The notes beneath the pieces are model-generated. The model did not search any database. It was not told where the DNA came from and saw only the letters and a list, made by a program, of their open reading frames with translations. Position numbers and translations under genes: made by a program. A DNA stretch of 32,000 nucleotides from Methylorubrum extorquens (GTDB lineage: Bacteria > Pseudomonadota > Alphaproteobacteria > Rhizobiales > Beijerinckiaceae), in NCBI GenBank assembly GCA_900234795.1, contig LT962688.1, positions 3,990,001 through 4,022,000 on the forward strand, given 5' to 3'. Of the stretch, positions 16,696-24,062 are shown one piece after another; positions within the stretch are counted from its first letter, which is position 1; every line of letters begins with the position of its first letter.

Positions 16696-18303
16696 TCAAT
16701 GGACCGGCGCGGCGGTTCGGATCGCAGGCGCCGCCGGAGGCTCGCCCGTCTGCTGCTCCGGCTCGCCGGCCCCGCCCATCAGCAGCCCCAAAGCCGCGCG
16801 GCTGGTCGCAGCGGTCGGGACGGGCGGCGAGAGAGCGCGCCGGCATGCAGGACGGCGATAGAATCGGCGATCTCGAACAGCTCGTCGAGATCCTGGCTGA
16901 TCACGACCACCGCGGCACCGCGGCCGGCGAGATCGAGCACCGCCTGCCGGATATGGGCGGCGGCGGCGGCATCGACGCCCCAGGTCGGCTGGTTGATGAC
17001 GAGGATGCCCGGCTCGGCCAGGATCTCGCGCCCGACCACGAATTTCTGCAGGTTGCCGCCCGAGAGCGTGCCGGCCGCCGGGTCTGGGCCGGCGCCGCGC
17101 ACGTCGAAGGCGTCGATCACCCGACGGGCGAGCGCCCGCGCCGCGCCGAGCCGCAGCAGGCCCAGCCAAGTGAGCGGCGCCGTGGCGTGGCGGGAGAGCA
17201 GCGCGTTCTCCGACAGGGTCATGGACGGGACGGCGGCGTGGCCGTTGCGCTCCTCGGGCACGAAGGCGGCCCCGAGCCGGCGCCGGGCATTGATGCCGAG
17301 CTGGCCCACCGCCCGGCCGTCGAGGCGCACCGCCGCGGCCGCCGGGGCCCGGCTCTCGCCGGAGAGGACGTCGAACAGCTCTGCCTGCCCGTTGCCGGCG
17401 ATGCCGGCGATGCCGAGGATCTCCCCGCCCGCAACGGAGAGCGCGATGTCCCGCAGCGGCGTCCCGTGCAGGCCGGGCGCGGGCCGCGACAGGCGGTCGA
17501 GCACGAGGCGCTCGGCGCGGCCCGCGCGGGCCGCCTTCGGCCGCACCTCGCTCACCCCCCGTGCCGACCATCATCGCCGCGAGCGAGCGGGCGGTCTCCG
17601 CCTGCGGATTGCAGCTGCCGACGACCCGGCCGCCCCGCAGGATCGTGGCCCGGGTGCAGAGGCGGCGCACCTCGTCGAGCCGGTGGGAGATGTAGAGCAC
17701 GGCGCGGCCCTCATCGCGCAGGCGTTCCAGCACCGAGAACAGCACCTCCGCCTCGCCCGGCGTCAGCACCGAGGTCGGCTCGTCGAGGATCACGAGCTTC
17801 GGGTTCTGAAGCAGGCAGCGCACGATCTCGATGCGCTGGCGCTCGCCCGCCGAGAGCGACCAGACCGGCCGCGCGGGATCGAGATGCAGGCCGTAATCCG
17901 CTCCGAGCCGGGCGATCCGCTCCGCCAGCGCCCGGCCCGTCAGCCCGGCGGGCATGACGAGGGCGATGTTCTCGGCGACCGTCAGATTCTCGCACAGCGA
18001 GAAGTGCTGGAACACCATGCCGATGCCGAGCGCCCGCGCGGCCTCGGGGTTGGCCAGCCGCACGATGTCGCCCTGATGCGTGACGACGCCCTCCGTCGGC
18101 TCCAGGAGGCCGTAGAGGATCTTCATCAGGGTGGATTTGCCGGCGCCGTTCTCGCCGAGCAGGGCGTGGATCTCGCCGGCGCGGATCTCCAGATCGACCT
18201 GATCGTTGGCGGTGAAGGCGCCGAAGCGCTTGACGATGCCGTAGGCCCCGAAGAGCGGGGTCGGGCCTTCCCGCGAGGCCGGCGCAGCGGATGCGGCCGC
18301 CAT
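16696..18303 (-). pseudogene. ABC transporter ATP-binding protein (two-domain), system A, with two apparent compensating frameshifts
   Basis: Domain 1 (GENGAGKST, LSAGERQRIEI, ILDEPTS) is in the frame of ORF 16696..19044 and starts at ATG 18303 (TGATG overlap with the deaminase stop). After ..AAMMVGT the sequence continues sensibly only in the frame of ORF 16779..17555 (VSEVRPK..GIAGIAGNGQ..LSGGNLQK..). The C-terminus LSPPVPTAATSRAALGLLMGGAG..* returns to the first frame. The shift sites are the C6 run at 17545-17550 and about 16836-16848. Total length is 1608 nt, divisible by 3. Confidence 0.7.
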
Positions 18304-19667
18304 CACGCCGTTCCGAACAGGGTGCGTGCCAGCCGGCCGTGCTCCTCGCGCAGGCGTCCCGTTTCGATGCCGACGGGCTCCCCGTCGATAACTCGCCAGT
18401 TCCCGGCCACCATCACCCGGTCCGCCCGGTGAGCGCCGCACAGGACCAAAGCCGCGAGCGGGTCGTGGGCGCCGGAGAAGCGGAGTTCGTCGAGGGTGAA
18501 CAAGGCCAGATCCGCCTCGCGGCCGGGTTCGATCCGTCCGATATCGCTGCGCCCGAGGCAGGCGGCGGAGCCCTCCGTCGCCCAGCGCAGGGCATCGAGA
18601 TGGGTCACGGCTTCCGCACCGTAGGTCAGGCGGTTGATCATCAGGGCGTGGCGCACGCCCTCCGTCAGATTCGAGCTGTCGCTCGAGGCCGAGCCGTCGA
18701 CGCCGAGGCCGACGGGGGAGCCCGCGGCCTCCAGCTCGCAGGTGCGGCACTGGCCCGAAGCCAGCACCATGTTCGAGGCCGGGCAATGGCACACCCCGAC
18801 GCCGGCGCCGCCGAGGCGCTTCACCTCGTCGTCGTTGAAGTGGATGCCGTGGGCGAGCCAAGCCCGCCGCGTCATCCAGCCAACCTCTTCGAGATAGTCC
18901 ACCGGACGCTGCCCGAACGCCTCCAGGCAGAAGGCGTTCTCGTCGAGCGTCTCGCCGAGATGGGTGTGCAGGCGGCAATCGTGGCGCTCGGCGAGCGCGG
19001 CGCTCTCGCGCATCAGCCGCTTGGTAACGTTGAACGGCGAGCACGGAGCCAGCCCGATCTGCACCATCGCGCCGGGTTCGGGATCGTGGAACAGGCCGAG
19101 CACCCGCTCGCTGTCGGCCAGGATGGTGTCGTCGTCCTGCACCAGCGTCTCGGGCGGCAGGCCGCCGTCCTTCTCCGACAGGCTCATCGAGCCGCGGGTG
19201 ACGAAGGCGCGGATACCGAGGGAGCGCGCCTCCTCGAACTGGATGTCGACGGCCGCCTCAAGCCCTCTCGGGAACAGGTAATGGTGGTCGCCCGCCGTGG
19301 TGCAGCCCGACAGCAGCAGCTCCGTATAGGCGAGCCGCGTCGCCAGCCGGAAGGCGTCCGGCGTCAGCCGCGGCCAGATGGTCGAGAGCGCCTTCAGCCA
19401 GGGAAAGAGCGGCTTGTTGATCGCGATCGGGTGCGCGCGGGTGAGCGTCTGGAAGAAGTGGTGATGCGTGTTGACGAGGCCGGGGATGACGACGTGGCGC
19501 GAGGCGTCGAACGTCTCGTCGACCGGGCTCGCGGGCAGGGCGCCCGCGTCCACCACTTCGGCGATGCGGGTGCCCTCCACCACGAGCCCGCCGCCGGCCC
19601 CGTCGGCGAGGATCGCCAACGGATCGCGGAGCCAGAGACGGCGGGGGCGGGTGCTCGATTCCATCAT
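18303..19667 (-). CDS. Amidohydrolase-superfamily deaminase, 8-oxoguanine deaminase-like
   Basis: 454 aa. LWLRDPLAIL.., metal-binding GLVNTHHHFFQTLTR, HTHLGE, WLAHGIH, GLGVDGSASSD. From memory it is collinear along its whole length with Pseudomonas PA0142-type 8-oxoguanine deaminase. Confidence 0.8.
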   Translation of the reverse strand: MMESSTRPRRLWLRDPLAILADGAGGGLVVEGTRIAEVVDAGALPASPVDETFDASRHVVIPGLVNTHHHFFQTLTRAHPIAINKPLFPWLKALSTIWPRLTPDAFRLATRLAYTELLLSGCTTAGDHHYLFPRGLEAAVDIQFEEARSLGIRAFVTRGSMSLSEKDGGLPPETLVQDDDTILADSERVLGLFHDPEPGAMVQIGLAPCSPFNVTKRLMRESAALAERHDCRLHTHLGETLDENAFCLEAFGQRPVDYLEEVGWMTRRAWLAHGIHFNDDEVKRLGGAGVGVCHCPASNMVLASGQCRTCELEAAGSPVGLGVDGSASSDSSNLTEGVRHALMINRLTYGAEAVTHLDALRWATEGSAACLGRSDIGRIEPGREADLALFTLDELRFSGAHDPLAALVLCGAHRADRVMVAGNWRVIDGEPVGIETGRLREEHGRLARTLFGTA

Positions 19668-19692
19668 CCGGCTTCGCGTTTCCTGTCGGGGA

Positions 19693-20689
19693 TCAGAAGA
19701 TGTGGAAGGCGACGCCGGCGAGGAAGCTCTTCTCCTCGGTGCCCTTGAAGGTCGCGGTCTCCTGGTTGCCGAACTTGTTCAGCCAGTACTGGAAGCCGAT
19801 GAAGACATCGACCTTGTTGGGCTGATCGTAGGCGAGCTTGCCGAGATCGAGCACGAGGTTGGTGCGCGACAGGAATTCCAGCCCGCGCGGCGGGTTGAAC
19901 GCGAAGGCGGCGGGGTTGTTGCTGATGCCGCGGCCCTTGGGCAGGACGATGTTGTTGAAGCCGGCCAGCGTCAGCGGCAGACCGGTGAAGGTCAGCGGCA
20001 GGCTGTAGACGATCTCGAATTCGGGGACCGTGTTGAAGCTCTGGTCGCGGTCGGGCTGGGTGTTGAAGCCGTTGCGGTTCCATTCCTTGTAGGCGTGGAC
20101 CGACAGGTTCAGGAAGCCGGCCGGCACGTCGAAGGCGAAGTTCAGGCCGCCGACGACGTCGCGCTTCTTCGAGCCGAAGGCGTCGTTCTGCGAGTTGGCG
20201 TCGAAGCCGTAGGAGAGCGAGACCTCCTTGACGATGCCGGGGACCATGAAGGCCTTGGTGCCGGTCAGGGCGTTCAGGCTGAGCGTGCCGCGGTAGAGGC
20301 CGTAGGCTTCGGTGTTGCCGTAATCGGCGAAGGTCGGGATGCCACCGGGCGTGTTGGTCGTACCGGCCGGAAACTGAGAACCCGATTGCAGGATGTCGAG
20401 GGTGAAGAAGTTCGTGCCGTAGGCCCAGGCATCCGCGTGCGAGATGTTGAGGATGTGCTTGGGCGCCTCGCGCGAGCGGAAGCTGCCGTCCGGCCGCTGG
20501 ATCTGGATGCCGGGCGTGACGGTCGGGAACTGGTAGCGATAGCTGATCTGCGTGTCCGCGAAGAGGAAGAACGGCACTTCCTTCGCGGCCACCGCTTCGG
20601 GGGGCCCGCTTCTCCCCGAGATCCGCCGCGACCGCCGTACCCACCGTGAAGAGCGACAGCGCCACCGCCGCAAGTCCCCGAACCGACAT
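19693..20689 (-). pseudogene. Outer-membrane beta-barrel channel, tentatively Tsx/OmpK-like, with one apparent frameshift after the signal peptide
   Basis: ATG 20689 (GGGGAGAA SD) gives MSVRGLAAVALSLFTVGTAVA/ADLGEKRAP in one frame. The barrel, ..EAVAAKEVPFFLFADTQISYRYQ....FLAGVAFHIF* (alternating pattern, terminal Phe), is in another frame. The junction is the G6 run at 20599-20604. Length is 997 nt, one base more than a multiple of 3. Confidence 0.6.
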
Positions 20690-21196
20690 TCTTCGTTCTC
20701 CCCGACCATCCGTGTGGTCGGGCGGCAGCAACGGGGGTGCCAACACAAAACAAGCCGCAGCCCTCGGCGCCTATGCGGCAGCACAAGTCACAAATCCGCA
20801 ACACATTCTCGGCGGTGCCGGGCTGGGCCGCTTAGTGTATGGCCGGACCAGGACGCCTCTTAGAACCGGTGGGAGTTGGAGGATGAGCCTTTATCGCGCC
20901 GGGGTAATCCGTCGAACCTTCTCAGGCCGCCCACCGTCCGCTCATGCTGCGCATTTCATGGACGTGATGCTGGCAGGGCCGCGGAGTGAAAGCCGTTTGC
21001 GCGCACAGCCGTTCGCACCGTGCGGCCGGAGCCGGCGGCGTGCCGCCGTGGACTGCACAGGCCGACGCCAGCCTGACGACACTTCGTGCATCGGCGACGA
21101 TGATCGGGCACGATTTTTCGGGAGCCGAGCGCCATCATCGCGGCGGCCCGGACACGCTCCGGCCTCCGGCCCCGCGCGATCGCTCCGAGGTAGCCC

Positions 21197-21877
21197 ATGC
21201 CCGCCCCGCAGCCCCTTCTCGACGCCGAACCTGCACCCCTGCCGTTCGATCCGGCCCGGACGGCCCTCGTCGTCATCGACATGCAGCGCGACTTCCTCGA
21301 ACCCGGCGGCTTCGGCGAGAGCCTGGGCAACGACGTCTCGCTGCTCGCCGCCGCGGTGCCGCCCGCCCGCGCCCTGCTGGCCGCCGCGCGCGCGGCCGGC
21401 CTCCTCGTCGTCCACACCCGCGAGGGACACGCGCCCGATCTCTCGGACGCCCCGCCGGCCAAGCGGGAGCGCGGCGCGCCGACGGCGCGGATCGGCGAAC
21501 CGGGCCCGATGGGCCGCATCCTGATCCGCGGCGAGCCCGGCCACGACATCATCCCCGAACTGGCGCCCCTCGACGGCGAGCCGGTGATCGACAAGCCGGG
21601 CAAGGGCGCCTTCTACGCGACCGGGCTCGCGGCTCTGCTGGAGGCGCGCGGCATCGAAACCCTGATCGTCTGCGGCGTGACGACGGAGGTCTGCGTGCAC
21701 ACCACCGTGCGCGAGGCCAACGACCGCGGCTATCGCTGCGTCGTCGTCGCCGATGCCTGCGGCTCGTACATTCCGGCCTTCCACGAGGCGGGCCTTGCCA
21801 TGATCAAGGCCCAGGGTGGCATCTTCGGCTGGGTCTCGCGCTCCGCAGCGGTGATCGCCGCCCTTGGCCAAGCGTGA
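21197..21877 (+). CDS. Isochorismatase-like cysteine hydrolase, BiuH/TrtA-like (copy B)
   Basis: 226 aa. [29 protein letters not shown]. Alignable over its full length with copy A (shared TREGHxPDL.., [26 protein letters not shown], REANDRG). Confidence 0.85.
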   Translation: MPAPQPLLDAEPAPLPFDPARTALVVIDMQRDFLEPGGFGESLGNDVSLLAAAVPPARALLAAARAAGLLVVHTREGHAPDLSDAPPAKRERGAPTARIGEPGPMGRILIRGEPGHDIIPELAPLDGEPVIDKPGKGAFYATGLAALLEARGIETLIVCGVTTEVCVHTTVREANDRGYRCVVVADACGSYIPAFHEAGLAMIKAQGGIFGWVSRSAAVIAALGQA

Positions 21878-21974
21878 GGCGCTCCTGAACGACGGAACGC
21901 ACCGCGGACCGGAGTGCCGGCCGTGGCGCGGCCATTGCACCGGACGCGAAGCGCCCGATCCTCAGGGGGAACCG

Positions 21975-22178
21975 ATGACCGATCACGCCGCGGAGACGCC
22001 GACGCCCGATCTCGACGCCTATGCCGCGGCGGCAGCCCCCCTGCTGGGCCTCACCCTCGATCCGGCCTGGACCGGGGCGGTCGTCGCCCACCTGCGGGTG
22101 CTCCACGCGGCGGCGGCGCTCGTCGGCGGGTTCCCGCTGCCCGACACCGCCGAGGCGGCGCCGGTCTACACGGCGTGA
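21975..22178 (+). CDS. AtzG-like / HpxX-like small protein (DUF4089, GatC-related)
   Basis: 67 aa. AGGGGGA SD upstream of ATG 21975. MTDHAAETPTPDLDAYAAAAAPLLGLTLDPAWTGAVVAHLRVLHAAAALV.. has the size and pattern of the small partner subunit of AtzE-type amidases. Its stop overlaps the amidase GTG (GTGA at 22175-22178). Confidence 0.65.
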   Translation: MTDHAAETPTPDLDAYAAAAAPLLGLTLDPAWTGAVVAHLRVLHAAAALVGGFPLPDTAEAAPVYTA

Positions 22179-23590
22179 GCGCGACGACGGATTGGAGCCT
22201 CGCCCCGGCCTCCGACATCGCCCGGGCCGTGTCGGCGGGGACGGTCGGCGCCCGCGACGTGGTCGCCGCCGCGCTGGATCGTATCGCCCGCATCGATCCG
22301 GCGGTGAACAGCTTCACCGAGCGCTTGGCCGAGCGCGCCACCGCCCGCGCCGCGGAGCTCGACGCCGCGCGGACCCGGGGCGACAGGCTCGGCCCCCTGG
22401 CCGGGGTGCCCTTCGCGGTCAAGAACCTGTTCGACGTCGCCGGGCTTCCGACGCGGGCGGGCTCGCGGATCAATCGCGAGCGGGCGCCGGCCACCCGCGA
22501 TGCCGCCCTGATCCGGCGGCTGGAGGCGGCGGGCGCCGTCCTGGTCGGGACGCTTGGCATGGGCGAGTACGCCTACGACTTCACCGGCGAGAACATCCAC
22601 GACGGCAACACCCACAATCCGCACGCCCTCGGCCACATATCCGGCGGCTCGTCCGGCGGCTCGGGCGCGGCGATCGCCGCCGGCCTGGTGCCGCTCGCGC
22701 TGGCCTCGGACACCAACGGCTCGATTCGGGTGCCCGCCGCCTTCTGCGGCTGCTTCGGGCTCAAGCCCACCTACGGGCGGTTGAGCCGGGCCGGGAGCTT
22801 CCCCTTCGTCGGCAGCCTCGATCATCTCGGGCCGATGGCGCGATCGAGCCGCGATCTCGCCCTGGCCTACGACGCGATGCAGGGGCCCGATCCCGAGGAT
22901 CCCGCCATGGCGTCCCGCCCGGCCGAGCCCGCGGCTCTGGACCTCGACCGGGGCGTCGCGGATCTTCGCATCGCGGTGGCCGGAGGCTACTTCGCGCAAG
23001 GGGGCGACCCGGAGGCCTTCGCCGCCGTCGCGCATGTCGCCCGCGCGCTGGGAGCGCGCTGCAGCGTCGTGATCCCGGAGGCGGCCCGCGCACGGGCGGC
23101 GGCCTACCTCATCACGGCGGCCGAGGGCGCCGCGCTGCATCTCGACCGGCTGCGCAGCCGAGCCGGCGACTTCGATCCGGCGGTGCGCGACCGGCTCATC
23201 GCCGGAGCGATGCTGCCCGCCCCCTTCGTGGAACGGGCGCAGCGTTTCCGCCGCTGGTATCGCGACGCCGTGCTGGCGCTGTTCCGCGAGGTCGATGTGA
23301 TCCTCGCGCCGAGCACGCCGGTCCGGGCACCACGCTCCGGCCAGACGACCTTCGTCCTCGACGGCGTTGAGTTGCCGGTGCGGCCCAATATCGGCGTGTT
23401 CACGCAGCCGATCTCGTTCATCGGCCTGCCCGTGGCCGCGGTGCCGGTCTGGCTCGACGGAGGCTTGCCGCTCGGCGTGCAGGTCATCGCTGCGCCCTGG
23501 AACGAGGCGCTCTGCCTGCGGGTGGCGCATCACCTCGAACGCGAGGGTGCGGTCCGGGCGCCGGTCGCGACCGTGAAGGACACGCGATGA
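22175..23590 (+). CDS. AtzE-family amidase (amidase-signature, GatA-like)
   Basis: 471 aa from GTG 22175. Catalytic contexts are PFAVKNLFDVAG (Lys), GGSSGGSGAA (cis-Ser) and ASDTNGSIRVPAAFCG (nucleophile Ser). It sits between AtzG-like and AtzH-like genes, with overlapping start/stop codons on both sides. Confidence 0.85.
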   Translation: MSATTDWSLAPASDIARAVSAGTVGARDVVAAALDRIARIDPAVNSFTERLAERATARAAELDAARTRGDRLGPLAGVPFAVKNLFDVAGLPTRAGSRINRERAPATRDAALIRRLEAAGAVLVGTLGMGEYAYDFTGENIHDGNTHNPHALGHISGGSSGGSGAAIAAGLVPLALASDTNGSIRVPAAFCGCFGLKPTYGRLSRAGSFPFVGSLDHLGPMARSSRDLALAYDAMQGPDPEDPAMASRPAEPAALDLDRGVADLRIAVAGGYFAQGGDPEAFAAVAHVARALGARCSVVIPEAARARAAAYLITAAEGAALHLDRLRSRAGDFDPAVRDRLIAGAMLPAPFVERAQRFRRWYRDAVLALFREVDVILAPSTPVRAPRSGQTTFVLDGVELPVRPNIGVFTQPISFIGLPVAAVPVWLDGGLPLGVQVIAAPWNEALCLRVAHHLEREGAVRAPVATVKDTR

Positions 23591-23994
23591 TCATCGACGA
23601 TCCCGCGGTGAAGGCTGAGGTCGAGCGGGTCTTCGCGACCTACGAGGCGGCGCTCGTGAGCAACGACGTCGCGACGCTCGAACGGCTGTTCCACGACGAT
23701 CCCCGCACGATCCGCTACGGCGCGGCGGAGAACCTCTACGGCATGGACGCGATCCGCGCCTTCCGCCGGGCGCGGCCCTCGCAGGGCCTCGCCCGCGACC
23801 TCGCGGGCACCGTCATCACCACCTTCGGCCGCGACTGCGCCGTGGCGATGACGCTGTTCCGGCGCGAGGGCGCCCCCGGCCGCGTCGGACGCCAGAGCCA
23901 GACCTGGCTGCGCTTTCCCGACGGCTGGAAGGTGGTGGCGGCCCATGTCAGCGTCATCGACGACGCTCCCGGTGAGGGCGCGAGCGGCGCTTGA
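23587..23994 (+). CDS. AtzH-like / HpxZ-like NTF2-fold protein (DUF3225)
   Basis: 135 aa. There is an ATGA overlap with the amidase stop. VERVFATYEAALVSNDVATLERLFHDDPRTIRYG..QTWLRFPDGWKVVAAHVS is the characteristic SnoaL/NTF2-like DUF3225 pattern. Confidence 0.75.
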   Translation: MIIDDPAVKAEVERVFATYEAALVSNDVATLERLFHDDPRTIRYGAAENLYGMDAIRAFRRARPSQGLARDLAGTVITTFGRDCAVAMTLFRREGAPGRVGRQSQTWLRFPDGWKVVAAHVSVIDDAPGEGASGA

Positions 23995-24030
23995 CCCGGC
24001 GGCCTGATCGATTGCGACGGGCCCGCGGTA

Positions 24031-24062
24031 ACGTCAGTGGGCTTGGACGTCAGTGGGCTTGC
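24031..24062. repeat. Tandem 16-nt duplication spanning the stop codon of the NCS2 permease gene
   Basis: ACGTCAGTGGGCTTG occurs at 24031-24045 and again at 24047-24061. The unit contains the last codons and the TGA of the permease. Confidence 0.85.

Noticed and set aside
16696-18303. Programmed ribosomal frameshifting in the ABC ATPase or creatininase genes
   Set aside because: The shift sites are plain G/C homopolymers or GC-rich runs, without slippery heptamers or downstream structures. Each gene would need two opposite shifts. Indels, whether real or from sequencing, explain this more simply.
14619-19044. Long track ORFs 14619..16379 (586 aa) and 16696..19044 (782 aa), plus plus-strand ORFs 16597..18432, 18291..19748, 13047..14417, 11818..13347, 10140..11642 and 24053..25969
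   Set aside because: These are upstream extensions or antisense shadows of real genes. Recognisable protein sequence begins only at the internal starts given in the feature list. The remainder is Arg/Pro/Gly-rich filler.
20723-21196. Riboswitch or sRNA in the roughly 500-nt divergent region between the porin and cysteine hydrolase B (and likewise in the permease leader 25451-25745)
   Set aside because: I found some local stems (for example CGGTGGG...CCCACCG around 20866-20935). However, I cannot match them to any riboswitch consensus I can recall (purine, guanidine, NMT1/xanthine). A covariance-model scan (Rfam/Infernal) would be needed.
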